A stretch of DNA of 64,000 bases from an uncultured Actinomycetota bacterium (GTDB taxonomy: Bacteria > Actinomycetota > Actinomycetes > Mycobacteriales > Mycobacteriaceae), in contig CAWHDL010000011.1 in the NCBI GenBank assembly GCA_963828065.1, forward strand, positions 2,537 to 66,536, read 5' to 3'. Below, piece after piece: positions 20,402-29,915 of this stretch; position 1 is the stretch's first letter; each line of letters begins with the position of its first letter. The notes under the pieces were generated by a model, which was given only the letters and a program-made list of their open reading frames with translations, was not told where the DNA came from and ran no database searches. A program made the translations under genes and the position numbers.

Positions 20402-21909
20402 CGTCCACTCGGCGCGGCCCGATGTCCACCCCGAGCAGCCAGGCTCCCCTGGTCCCGTCCTCGGGCCGGGTGTCGATCCTGGTGGGTGAGTCGCACCAGA
20501 TCGACGTGGTGCTGCCGGCGGCGGTGCCGTTGGCAGCGCTGGTCGGTCCGGCGCGCGAGGCGGTCAACCGCGACATGCGGGCCCGCGACGAGGAGGAATT
20601 GCCGCACGGGAGTTACGAATTCGTGCGCGCAGTCGGGATGACCGCGCTGTCGGGAGACGCCTCGCTGGCGGCTCAGGGTGTGGTCGACGGGGATCTACTG
20701 GCGCTGGTGCCAGCCGGTTCCGGGCAGCGTTACGGGCCCAACATCGAGAACGTCTCCACCGCGCTGGCGCGATGGGCCAAGGACCAGTTCCCGCCGGTGT
20801 CGGCGGGCGACGCCGCGCTGGTCGCGGTGGCGTTGACCGGCGCCGCGCTGGGGGTGGCGGCGCTGCTGGTGTGGCGGATGCGCTGGGCCGGCGGGGTCAC
20901 GATGCTGCCGGCGGCGGTGTTCGGCGGCGCGGCGGTGCTGCTGGCGATCGCGGCGCTGCTGTGCGGGCGCCTGGGCGCGCCGCGCGCGGCGGTCGACGGT
21001 GCAGCGTGGGCGGCTGTGATCGGCGCGGTGCTGGCCGGGGCGAGCGCGCCACCCGGCGCGCATCCGGCTGCGGCGCACGGGTTTTTGGCGGCGTTGGTGG
21101 CGTGCGTGGGGGCGCTGATGCTGGCCCGGTTCACCGGCCGGTATCAAATGGCCGCCGCCGCGGTGATCACCGTCGGGGTGGCCGCGCTGGGCACGGCCGC
21201 GACCCGGATGTTCTGGGCGGTTCCCGGGCAGCGCATCGCGGTGGTGATGCTGATCGCCGTGCTGGTGGCCGCGCGGGTCGCGCCGACGCTGGGGCTGTGG
21301 ATGGCGCGGGTGCCGCGGCAGAGCTTCGGCTCGATCACCGGCCGTGACCTGTTCGCGCGGGCTCCCGGGCAGCCCGAGGACACGCTCTCGCCGGTGGAGT
21401 CGGCGCCCCATGACATCACGTTGCGCGGCGAGCAGGTGGGTGCGGTGGCGCGCCGGTCGCACCGGGTGCTGGCCGGGGTGCTGGCCGGGATCGCGGTGGT
21501 GGAGGTGGCGGCCTCGATCGCGGCGATCACCCCCGGGCACGGCCGGCAGTGGCCGCAGGTCGCCGTCGTGGCGGTGGTGGCGCTGATCCTGGTGCTGCGG
21601 GCGCGCGCGTTTCGGGCCCGCGGCCACGCCATCACGATGGTTCTCGGGGCCGGCGCTTCGCTGTTGGCGATCCCGGCGCACTACGGGTTCGCCGCCGATC
21701 CCTCCGCCACCGCGACCGGGTTGTGGTGCGCCGCGGCGGTGCTGGCGGTGGCGGCGGGGGCGCTGGTGGCCGGCGGCGTGGTGCCGTCGCACATCTTCTC
21801 CGAGCCGGTCCGTGAGGCGGTGGAATACCTCGAGTACGTGGGCTATGCGCTGGTCGTGCCGTTCGCGGCGTGGGCGATCGGGCTGCTGCACTACGTGAGG
21901 TATCACTGA
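20398..21909 (+). CDS. eccD: ESX membrane channel component EccD
   Basis: 503 aa. N-terminal ubiquitin-like (YukD-type) segment VSILVGESHQIDVVLPAAVPLAAL followed by ~11 TM helices. GTGA overlap with the upstream gene. Confidence 0.85.
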   Translation: MTSTRRGPMSTPSSQAPLVPSSGRVSILVGESHQIDVVLPAAVPLAALVGPAREAVNRDMRARDEEELPHGSYEFVRAVGMTALSGDASLAAQGVVDGDLLALVPAGSGQRYGPNIENVSTALARWAKDQFPPVSAGDAALVAVALTGAALGVAALLVWRMRWAGGVTMLPAAVFGGAAVLLAIAALLCGRLGAPRAAVDGAAWAAVIGAVLAGASAPPGAHPAAAHGFLAALVACVGALMLARFTGRYQMAAAAVITVGVAALGTAATRMFWAVPGQRIAVVMLIAVLVAARVAPTLGLWMARVPRQSFGSITGRDLFARAPGQPEDTLSPVESAPHDITLRGEQVGAVARRSHRVLAGVLAGIAVVEVAASIAAITPGHGRQWPQVAVVAVVALILVLRARAFRARGHAITMVLGAGASLLAIPAHYGFAADPSATATGLWCAAAVLAVAAGALVAGGVVPSHIFSEPVREAVEYLEYVGYALVVPFAAWAIGLLHYVRYH

Positions 21910-23564
21910 TGGGCCCTCGCCGCGCTGCGCTGCGGGTGGGTGCGGCGCTGGCGGCGGGCGCGCTGCTGGCCGGGCATCTGCTTGCCGCCCCGGTCGCGCT
22001 GGCGGTGGCCCCTCCGGTGATCGATCCCGCGGCGCTGCCGCCCGACGACGCCCCCGGTCCGCCCGAGGAGATGCGGCAGAACCAGGCGTGCGCGCTGCCG
22101 GTGGTGGTGGCCGACCCGGACCTGACCCAGTCGGCGCCGGGCAACACCATGCTCGACGTCACCGCGGCCTGGCAGTATTCGACCGGGGCCGGGGTGACGG
22201 TGGCGCTGATCGACACCGGGGTCACCCCCAACCCGCGGTTTCCGGCGCTGTCGGCCGGCGGCGACTACGTGCAGGGGTTGCCCAACGGCGGGCTGACCGA
22301 CTGCGAAAGCCACGGCACGGTGGTGGCATCGATCATCGCCGGCGCCCCGTCGAGCCCGGCGGCCAGGCCCGTTCCGCGGCCGGCCGGGGTGGGCGCCCCG
22401 GTACTGCCGCCGCCCCCGCCGGCAAACCCGGCGCCGACCAGTGCGCCGCCGACCACACCGCCGCCATCGACGGTGACGGTGACCGCCCCCCCACCGCCTC
22501 CACCACCGCCGCCACCTGAGGAGGACGCGCCGCCGCCGCCGGATGCGCCGGCGTCAGGTCCCGCCGACGGCAAGCAGCCGCTGATCCCCGGCCCCGCGCC
22601 GGGCGCGCCGGACGGCATCGTCGGGGTCGCCCCGGACGCGGCGCTGATCTCGATCAGGCAGTCCTCGGTGGCGTTCAGTCCGGCCCGGCCCACCCCGGAG
22701 GAGGCCCAGGGCCGCCGCAAGGCCGGGGACATCATCACGCTGGCCCGCGCGATCCGGCACGCCGCCGATCTGGGGGCCAAGGTGATCAACGTGTCGCTGG
22801 CGTCGTGCATCAACGCCGCGACCCCGGTCAACCAGGACCCGTTGGGCGCCGCGGTGCGCTACGCGGCGGTGGAGAAGGACGCGGTGATCGTGGCCGCCGC
22901 CGGCAACCAGGGCGACCCCGATCAGCCCGATTGCGGGCAGAACCCGGCGTTTAACCCGCTGGACCCGGCCGATCCGCGGGACTGGGCCGGGGTGCGCACC
23001 ATCGTGACGCCGGCGTGGTTCTCCGACTACGTGCTTTCGGTGGCCGCGGTCACCCCCGACGGGCGGCCGATGCCCGATTCCATCAACGGTCCGTGGGTAT
23101 CGGTGGCCGCGCCGGGATTCCGGATCATGGGCTTGTCCAGCGTCAACGGAGCGCCGGTCAACGCGCTGCCGGACCGCGACCCGGGGATGGGTGACGGCTT
23201 CTGGGGTACCAGCTTCTCGGCGGCCTACGTGTCGGGGGTGGTGGCGCTGGTGCGCGCCAAGTTCCCCAATTTGACTGCCCACCAAGTGATCCGGCGCATC
23301 ACCGAGACCGCGCACAATCCACCGCGCGGCGTGGATAACCAGGTCGGCCACGGGGTGGTCGATGCGGTGGCGGCGCTGACCTTCGACGTTGCACCCGGCG
23401 ACCCGAGGCCCGCCGAGCGGCTCAACACCGCGCTTCATCCGTCGCCAGGGCCGCCGCGCCCGGATCTGCGGCCGCGCAACACCGCGCTGATCGGCGGGGC
23501 CGCGGTGCTGGTGGCCGCCGGTGTGATCGCGGTGGTGGTCGCGGTGCGCCGGAGGATGTCGTGA
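21909..23564 (+). CDS. mycP: mycosin (subtilisin-like ESX protease) MycP
   Basis: ATG 21909 (ATGA overlap with eccD). Signal peptide, catalytic D (ALIDTGV), H (HGTVVAS) and S (GTSFSAAYVSG), and a C-terminal TM anchor. Confidence 0.9.
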   Translation: MGPRRAALRVGAALAAGALLAGHLLAAPVALAVAPPVIDPAALPPDDAPGPPEEMRQNQACALPVVVADPDLTQSAPGNTMLDVTAAWQYSTGAGVTVALIDTGVTPNPRFPALSAGGDYVQGLPNGGLTDCESHGTVVASIIAGAPSSPAARPVPRPAGVGAPVLPPPPPANPAPTSAPPTTPPPSTVTVTAPPPPPPPPPPEEDAPPPPDAPASGPADGKQPLIPGPAPGAPDGIVGVAPDAALISIRQSSVAFSPARPTPEEAQGRRKAGDIITLARAIRHAADLGAKVINVSLASCINAATPVNQDPLGAAVRYAAVEKDAVIVAAAGNQGDPDQPDCGQNPAFNPLDPADPRDWAGVRTIVTPAWFSDYVLSVAAVTPDGRPMPDSINGPWVSVAAPGFRIMGLSSVNGAPVNALPDRDPGMGDGFWGTSFSAAYVSGVVALVRAKFPNLTAHQVIRRITETAHNPPRGVDNQVGHGVVDAVAALTFDVAPGDPRPAERLNTALHPSPGPPRPDLRPRNTALIGGAAVLVAAGVIAVVVAVRRRMS

Positions 23565-25267
23565 AGGCGCGGACCGTGGCGCTGCGTCCACGGTTGGCCG
23601 CGGTGGTGACCGCCGAGGTGGTGGCGCTGGCGGCGTTCGTGGCGCTGCCGCCGCACCGGGCGGGCTGGTGGCCGGCCACCGTGATCTCGTTGGCCGCGCT
23701 GCTGCTGCTGGTGGTGACGGTGCACGGCCGCAACGCGCCCGGCTGGGTGGCGGCGTGGGCGCGCCACCGGCGCCGGCTGCGCAGGCCCGCGCCGGTGGGT
23801 GCGGCGGTCGACGTTCCGCACGGTGCACTGGTGTGTGGGGTGCGCGTCGAGGAGCACGAGGCCCTCACCATGGTCCGGGTCAGCGGGCGACCCTATGCCC
23901 CAACGCTTTTGCGGGGCTCGACGCGGTCGGTGAGCACCAACGTCGTGCCGCTTTCGGTGCTGGTCGGGCTGTTGGATCAGCCCGGCGGTCTGCGCCTGGC
24001 CGGTATCGACGTGGTGTCCTCGGGGCAGCGGGTGCGCCGCGCCGAGGGCTACCCGCCGCTGTACAGCACGCTGCTGGCCGACCGGCCCGCGGCGGGCCGG
24101 CGAGCGACCCGGCTGGTCGTGCGCCTCGACATCACCGGCTCGGCGCCGGGTCTGGCGTACCGCTCCTCGATCGGCGCGGCCGCGGCCGCGGCCACCGAAC
24201 GCATCGTGAATGCGCTGCGCCAGCGGGGGATTCGGGCCACCGCGCTCAGCGCCGAGGAACTCGACGCCGCGCTGGCCGAACTGGGCGCGGGTCTGGTGCG
24301 CGCCCCGGCGCGCACCAGACCCGACAGTGAGGCCGACGCCGCGGACCGGCCAGCGCCCGTGCCAGTCGGTGCGGCCGCGCCCGGGTACGGCTCGGCGCCG
24401 GGCCCGCGGTCGCGCTGGCGCACCGTGCAGACCACGGCGGGGTATCTGTCGAACTACTACTTTTCCCCAGAGGACATCACGACCGCCGCGCTGAATCAGA
24501 TGTGGGCGCTGCGCAGCGACGACGTCGTTCAGACCACCAGCCTGCGCAAGGACCGCACCGGTCACCGTGATGACGATGCCGCGGTGCTGGTGTCGGCGCT
24601 GGTGCGCACCGGTGATCCGCAGCCCCCGCCGCAGCCCCCGACGCTGAACCTCAACCCGCTGCCCGGGGACCAGTACGCGGCGACCCTGCGCGCCGCGCCG
24701 ACCGCGCGCCCGCACCTGAACGTGCCGGCCCGGGACCTGGATGGCGGTGAGCCGCTGGACATTCCGATCGGCGCGACCGGGATCCTGGTCGGCGCTGCGC
24801 GCTACGACGACCCGGCCGCCAACCCACCGGTTCACGCCGACGACCTTGTGATGCTGGCGTTGACCGACCCGGACCGCGCGACTCGCATCAGCATGCAGGC
24901 CTCCGAATTCTATGTGCGCCAGCTTTTGATCCGCGCCGCGGCGGTGGGGGAGCGCATCGCGATTTACTCCCATCAGCCCGACCGGTGGAACTCGTTGACC
25001 CAGCCCAACATCGCGGTGGCCGAACGGCGCCGGCCGCCGCCGTTCGTGCCGACCATCACGGTCAACGACCGCCCCACCGCGCTGGCCGCCGCCGGGTTGT
25101 CGGCCACCGTCATCACGCTGGGCGCCGTCGGTGACGCCGGACTGGCACCGGATCTTCGCTTCGTGCAGACCTCGCCGACCACCGTGCTGATCGCCACCCC
25201 GACGCAGGAGTTGGAGGTGGCGATCGTGGCGTTCCGCCAGGAGCAGGCCTGGATGGGTCTGGCCTAG
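23561..25267 (+). CDS. eccE: ESX membrane component EccE
   Basis: 568 aa, GTGA overlap with mycP. Two N-terminal TM helices and an Arg-rich juxtamembrane segment. Position after mycP is canonical. Confidence 0.75.
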   Translation: MKARTVALRPRLAAVVTAEVVALAAFVALPPHRAGWWPATVISLAALLLLVVTVHGRNAPGWVAAWARHRRRLRRPAPVGAAVDVPHGALVCGVRVEEHEALTMVRVSGRPYAPTLLRGSTRSVSTNVVPLSVLVGLLDQPGGLRLAGIDVVSSGQRVRRAEGYPPLYSTLLADRPAAGRRATRLVVRLDITGSAPGLAYRSSIGAAAAAATERIVNALRQRGIRATALSAEELDAALAELGAGLVRAPARTRPDSEADAADRPAPVPVGAAAPGYGSAPGPRSRWRTVQTTAGYLSNYYFSPEDITTAALNQMWALRSDDVVQTTSLRKDRTGHRDDDAAVLVSALVRTGDPQPPPQPPTLNLNPLPGDQYAATLRAAPTARPHLNVPARDLDGGEPLDIPIGATGILVGAARYDDPAANPPVHADDLVMLALTDPDRATRISMQASEFYVRQLLIRAAAVGERIAIYSHQPDRWNSLTQPNIAVAERRRPPPFVPTITVNDRPTALAAAGLSATVITLGAVGDAGLAPDLRFVQTSPTTVLIATPTQELEVAIVAFRQEQAWMGLA

Positions 25268-25280
25268 CTTCAAAGTCCGC

Positions 25281-25357
25281 TGTAGGTTCCCATTTTGAGT
25301 GTCATATTCCCATTCCGGATGTCATCCCGATGTCATTTATGACATGGAAATGGGAAT
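25281..25357 (+). repeat. tnsA-proximal (Tn7R-type) end with three putative TnsB-binding sites
   Basis: Direct sites at 25285-25305 and 25306-25325 (TTCCCATTnnnnnTGTCAT) and an inverted site at 25339-25357. Palindrome ATGTCAT-TT-ATGACAT at 25330-25345. Confidence 0.65.
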
Positions 25358-25665
25358 TGTTGAAATGGAGCTGAGGTCGGCGGCGGCGAACTGGCACTGG
25401 TAACCCTCGGCCCGGAGGTGGTGACGTTTTCGTTCTGAGCTGTGGTCGCGCCGCTGTGGCCGTAGGCGCTCTCTTTGCCGCGTTGTGATCGGCTAAGGTC
25501 CCAGTGCGAGTCGGGTGTGATTTCCCGGCCCGGTGTATTGAACTGCCACATGAAATCTATGGCGTCAGTGACTGTATGGAACAACGCACGTGGGTTTGAC
25601 AACAAATTGGCGAGCACCGGAAACCCACGGATGTTGGTCTCGATCCAGGTTCACTTCGGTAAAGA

Positions 25666-26484
25666 TTGTGGTCCAGGGATTTACTGATGCCGCCTCCCAG
25701 ATCGACGATCGCAGACGCCGGTGTGGGTGTGACGAAGGCGCGGCCGATGAAGAAAAATGCCAAGAGTGTCGCTGGTTCTGCTGAGGCGTGCTTTAAGCGA
25801 TCCGACGGCCAGGTCGAGGTAGTGGCGTGGAACGACTTGGACCCCAACGCCGTAGCCGAAGGCCGGCCATGGCGGACTTTCCCTTGGTATCTCGGGCAGA
25901 AGAACTATTCAGGGCTGTATTGGTGCGCCACTGAATCCCGATTGGTCGGATACGAGTCGCGTTTGGAGTTGACTCGGCTGGTGATGGCCGACTTCGACGT
26001 GGCGGCAAAGCGGATCGTAAGTCAACCATTTCGGCTCACCGCCACCAACGGCGAAGAGCGCATTCGCCGGGTCCCCGACTATCTCGTGATTACCGAGGCC
26101 GGTGTGTTTGTAATCGACGTGACGCGCGCAAGCAAGTTGGAGAGACCCGAATTTGCTGGAGTCTTGGAGCAGACGCGCCAGATCGTGGAGTCCCGGGGGT
26201 GGATCTACGAGATCGCCAGCGAGCCCGCACGAGTCGAGTACAGCAACATCCGTTTCCTTGCCGGCTATCGGCGGCCCTGGTTGTTCAAGCCCGAAGTTCT
26301 GGCTGAGGTGAGGCAGGTCGCGCAGACGGTTCCTGAACTAACCATAGGGGAGATCAGCTCGCGTACAACGCTTCCCAGGCCGACTGCATTGCCGGCCCTG
26401 ATGCATCTGCTGTGGCGGCAAGAGTTCCGTGTTGATTTGACGCACAGACTCTCGCCGCACACGATGGTCCGGACGATGGCATGA
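25666..26484 (+). CDS. tnsA: TnsA-like transposase endonuclease subunit
   Basis: E/D/K restriction-endonuclease-like motifs (GYESRLE, VPDYLV, VIDVTRASK). ATGA overlap with tnsB. Start uncertain (TTG 25666, ATG 25687 or 25747). Confidence 0.7.
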   Translation: MWSRDLLMPPPRSTIADAGVGVTKARPMKKNAKSVAGSAEACFKRSDGQVEVVAWNDLDPNAVAEGRPWRTFPWYLGQKNYSGLYWCATESRLVGYESRLELTRLVMADFDVAAKRIVSQPFRLTATNGEERIRRVPDYLVITEAGVFVIDVTRASKLERPEFAGVLEQTRQIVESRGWIYEIASEPARVEYSNIRFLAGYRRPWLFKPEVLAEVRQVAQTVPELTIGEISSRTTLPRPTALPALMHLLWRQEFRVDLTHRLSPHTMVRTMA

Positions 26485-28661
26485 CCAATCAGGCGCCAAG
26501 TGCTCGGCGTGCCCGCTCCGCAGTGCCGGTTGGTGTCGGTACCACTTTCGCCTACGACGGCGAAACCGTCACCGTCGTCGAGATGCTCCCGACGAGTCGC
26601 GGCAACGAAGTCATGGTCGCCGACCGCGGCGGTGAACGTCGCTACCGGCTGTCGCTGCGTGAGCTGCTGGCTTCGGGGCGCGCTTCGATCATCACCATCG
26701 ACGACGGCCCGCGCAGCGACGACGACCTCGAAGTCGCCGGCGTGGTGCTGTCCAATCTCAGCAGCAGCCAACTGCGGGAGGTCACGCAGAAGGCAGACCA
26801 TGTGAGGGAGGTGCTGACCGGCTACAAATCCGGGTCTGCCAATACCGCCGCGCCGGGTGAGCCGCGAAATGAGTATGCCCCGGAGTTGTCCTTGGGTCAG
26901 CGCTACCTCGCCAAGGCACGCGAGGTCGGCCGCTCACACCGCACGGTCCGGCGGTGGGTGGCTGCCTACCTCGAGCACGGCGAGGCGGGGATCGCCGCAA
27001 CGATGTGCAGCAATCCGCTGGGGCGCACTGATCAGCGGTGGCTGGACACGGCCACCGAGATCATGATGGAGAACGCGGCGATGTCGCGGCCGAACAGGAA
27101 AAGCATCTTGATGCAAACCCGTGCCCGGTTGGCCTTGATCTATGGACCCGGTGTGGTACCCATCCCACCGAGGACGACCGCCTACAAGCGACTCGAGCAG
27201 ATCAACCGGCGCGTACCAACCTTTGACGGCAGCCGGGAACGCAATCGCGATGTCGCCGCCAGGGCGGATCGAGAGTACGGGCAGCTGCTCCCCTCTCGGC
27301 CCGGTGAATATGTGGTGATGGACACCAACTGCCTCGACGTGTTCGCGTTGGACCCGGTCACGCTGCGGTGGGTATCCGTTGAGGCTACGGTCGCGATGGA
27401 CGCCTACACCCGATGCGTCGTCGGGCTTCGCGTCACACCGACAACGAAGTCACTCGACGTCGCCGCAACTCTTTTTCAGGCGTTTCGGCCCCTCCCGGCG
27501 CCCGACTACTGGCCCGAGCATGCCGTGTGGCCCGAACACGGCATCCCGCGGGTCGTCTTCCCTGACGCAGACGCGTTGGCGGGCCGTCAGGCCGGTGTCG
27601 CCAACCCGGCGATCGTGCCGGAAACGATCGTGGTCGACCATGGCCGACCGTTCAAATGCCAACACATCAACAGCGTGTGCCAGCGGATGGGCATCTCCAT
27701 TCAGCCGGCCCGGCTCAGGCAAGGGCAGGACAAAGGAATCCTTGAGCGCTTGTTCCTGACTCTGCGGCTGGATCTACTCCAGCACCTGCCGGGCTATAAA
27801 GGACCCGATGTGTATTCGCGCGGTGTCGCGCCGGAATCCGATGCGTTCTTCTTTCTCGATGAGATCGAACAGCTGATCCGGCAATGGATCGCGGCGGTGT
27901 ATCACCACCGTCCCCACGACAGCCTGTTCGACCCCAGCGTGCCGAGGCACCGCCTGTCTCCGGCGCAGATGTTCCAGCACGGCGTGGAACGCGCCGGCTA
28001 CATCGAAGCACCGCGCGATCCCGACCTCGCCTTCGAATTTCTGCGACCGGTCAGACGCCAAATCCATCACTACGGGGTGGATATCGACAGACGCAGGTAC
28101 AACGGTCCAGGCCTGAACGGGTTCCGGGAAACTGACAGCGACTATCTCGGACAGACGCAGCGCCGCTGGCATCTGCACGTCAACCCCGACGACATCACGC
28201 GCGTGTTCTTTCGCCGCCCCGACACCCGCAAGTGGCACACCCTGCTCTGGACGAAGGCTCCGGCCGCAGAACTGCCCATGAGCGAGGATGCAGCCAAGTA
28301 CGCCCGCCGGCTTGCCGCCGCTCGCGGCACCTCCACGGAGCCCGACGCCGCGCTGGCGGCGATGTTGGAGCAATGGAATCTGGGATTGGGGATGAGCCCA
28401 GCCGAGCGACGCATCGCCCTTCGGGTGGCCCGGGAACGGGCGAGCCTTCTCGCGGACCTCGCCACCGACGACGAGTCGCAGGCCCGCGCATTCATCGCCG
28501 AGTTGCTCGCCGCCACCGCTGAGAAATCGCCACCAGCGGCAGAGGAATCGGACAGCACCGAAACACAGGACGATCTCGACAGCTACAGCGATGACACGGC
28601 CGAAAGCGACGACGACATGGACGACGACACCTACTACGCGGATGCGTTTGAAGAGTCATGA
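26481..28661 (+). CDS. tnsB: TnsB-like DDE (Mu/rve-type) transposase
   Basis: 726 aa. N-terminal HTH regions, DDE core (YVVMDTNCLDVF, IVVDHGRPFKC) and an acidic C-terminal tail. Sits between tnsA and tnsC. Confidence 0.85.
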   Translation: MTNQAPSARRARSAVPVGVGTTFAYDGETVTVVEMLPTSRGNEVMVADRGGERRYRLSLRELLASGRASIITIDDGPRSDDDLEVAGVVLSNLSSSQLREVTQKADHVREVLTGYKSGSANTAAPGEPRNEYAPELSLGQRYLAKAREVGRSHRTVRRWVAAYLEHGEAGIAATMCSNPLGRTDQRWLDTATEIMMENAAMSRPNRKSILMQTRARLALIYGPGVVPIPPRTTAYKRLEQINRRVPTFDGSRERNRDVAARADREYGQLLPSRPGEYVVMDTNCLDVFALDPVTLRWVSVEATVAMDAYTRCVVGLRVTPTTKSLDVAATLFQAFRPLPAPDYWPEHAVWPEHGIPRVVFPDADALAGRQAGVANPAIVPETIVVDHGRPFKCQHINSVCQRMGISIQPARLRQGQDKGILERLFLTLRLDLLQHLPGYKGPDVYSRGVAPESDAFFFLDEIEQLIRQWIAAVYHHRPHDSLFDPSVPRHRLSPAQMFQHGVERAGYIEAPRDPDLAFEFLRPVRRQIHHYGVDIDRRRYNGPGLNGFRETDSDYLGQTQRRWHLHVNPDDITRVFFRRPDTRKWHTLLWTKAPAAELPMSEDAAKYARRLAAARGTSTEPDAALAAMLEQWNLGLGMSPAERRIALRVARERASLLADLATDDESQARAFIAELLAATAEKSPPAAEESDSTETQDDLDSYSDDTAESDDDMDDDTYYADAFEES

Positions 28662-29863
28662 CCAGATCAGTCGCGAAACCATCGCACCGGCAGCGTAGTT
28701 CGCAAGACCCTCCACTGCGCAGCCGCAATTCCGAGAACCACGACCCAGTGGGCGCGCCAAAGGTCACGCTGGACAACCTCACAGTGTCTCGCAAGGAAGG
28801 GTTCCAAGCCAAGGCAGAGGCACCCAAGCGTGAACAACCGGAACTGTTGACAACCAGACAGCTCGCAGCGTTCAGCACCCATGCTCGCCGTGAGTACAAC
28901 GAGCAGCGCAACCTCTGGCACGCGAACCTGCCGACCATCAACACCTCACAGCTGCTCCAATTGCGCGAGGATCTCACCGACATCGTGGCCAGCAACCAGC
29001 ACGACGGTGACAAAGCCAAGGGCGCGATCGCCATCGAAGGCAGCGCCGGGATCGGGAAGACCTTCGCAACACTGGATTTCGCGTACGGCTACCACAACGA
29101 CCAGATTGCCCAGCATGGCCGCCTGACCAGGGACGGAAACGAACGATGGCCGGTCTGCCGCGTCGGTATGTCGGGCAACACCGGCATTAAGGACTTCAAC
29201 AGAGCGATGCTCGGGTTTTACAACCACGCAGGCATCAAGCGCGGCACCGCCGTGGACTTCGCCAACCGGGCACTGGACTGCGTGCTGTCGTGCGAGACGA
29301 AGCTGCTCATCGTCGACGAACTGCACTTCCTCAAACAGCGGACCACGAGCGTGCAGATCAGCAACCAGTTCAAATACATCAGCAACGAATTCCCCGTCAC
29401 CATCATCTTCATCGGTATCGGGCTGCGACAACGCGGCCTCTACAGCGACGGCACCTATGCCGACGGCATACTCGGCCAAAGCGGACGACGCATCACAGCA
29501 TTGAGGCTGCGCGAATTCACGATCGACACCCCCGAGCATCGCCGTGAATGGCGCCAACTGTTGCTGGCCATTGAGAAGCGCGTCGTACTGGCACGCAAGC
29601 ACCGGGGGATGCTGGTCGATCTGTCGTACTACCTGTTCGAACGAAGTTCGGGCCGCATCGGCCCGCTGACCACCTTGATCAATCGTGCCTGCCAACGCGC
29701 GGTCCGCACCGGCGTCGAAGGTATCGATCAGGATCTGTTCGACAGGGTCCGCACCGACGCGGCCTCCGAGCAGCAACGCCCGGAGATGCGGGTCAAGATC
29801 CGACATGCTCAGCGGGAGTTGCTGACGCCACGATCGCGCAGGCCGCGGCCGCGACCTTCGTGA
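28658..29863 (+). CDS. tnsC: TnsC-like AAA+ ATPase
   Basis: 401 aa. Walker A GSAGIGKT, Walker B LLIVDELHF. ATGA overlap with tnsB. Confidence 0.8.
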   Translation: MTRSVAKPSHRQRSSQDPPLRSRNSENHDPVGAPKVTLDNLTVSRKEGFQAKAEAPKREQPELLTTRQLAAFSTHARREYNEQRNLWHANLPTINTSQLLQLREDLTDIVASNQHDGDKAKGAIAIEGSAGIGKTFATLDFAYGYHNDQIAQHGRLTRDGNERWPVCRVGMSGNTGIKDFNRAMLGFYNHAGIKRGTAVDFANRALDCVLSCETKLLIVDELHFLKQRTTSVQISNQFKYISNEFPVTIIFIGIGLRQRGLYSDGTYADGILGQSGRRITALRLREFTIDTPEHRREWRQLLLAIEKRVVLARKHRGMLVDLSYYLFERSSGRIGPLTTLINRACQRAVRTGVEGIDQDLFDRVRTDAASEQQRPEMRVKIRHAQRELLTPRSRRPRPRPS

Positions 29864-29915
29864 ACCCCCACTCGGATCGGCCCTGGGCGCCGGGACCGGA
29901 ATCGAGCCGCGCTCG

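Noticed and set aside
23435-25273. 612-aa minus-strand ORF (and similar ones at 22554-23828, 20695-21906 and 18860-20362)
   Set aside because: These are antisense shadows of eccE, mycP, eccD and the ParA-like ATPase. They are Arg/Pro/Gly-rich with no domains.
25276-25280. Expected 5-bp target-site duplication flanking the Tn7-like element
   Set aside because: The 5 bp left of 25281 (TCCGC) and right of 54139 (GCCAC) match at only 3 of 5 positions, so no clean TSD can be claimed. This is plausibly because the two ends derive from different insertion events (see the internal duplicate).
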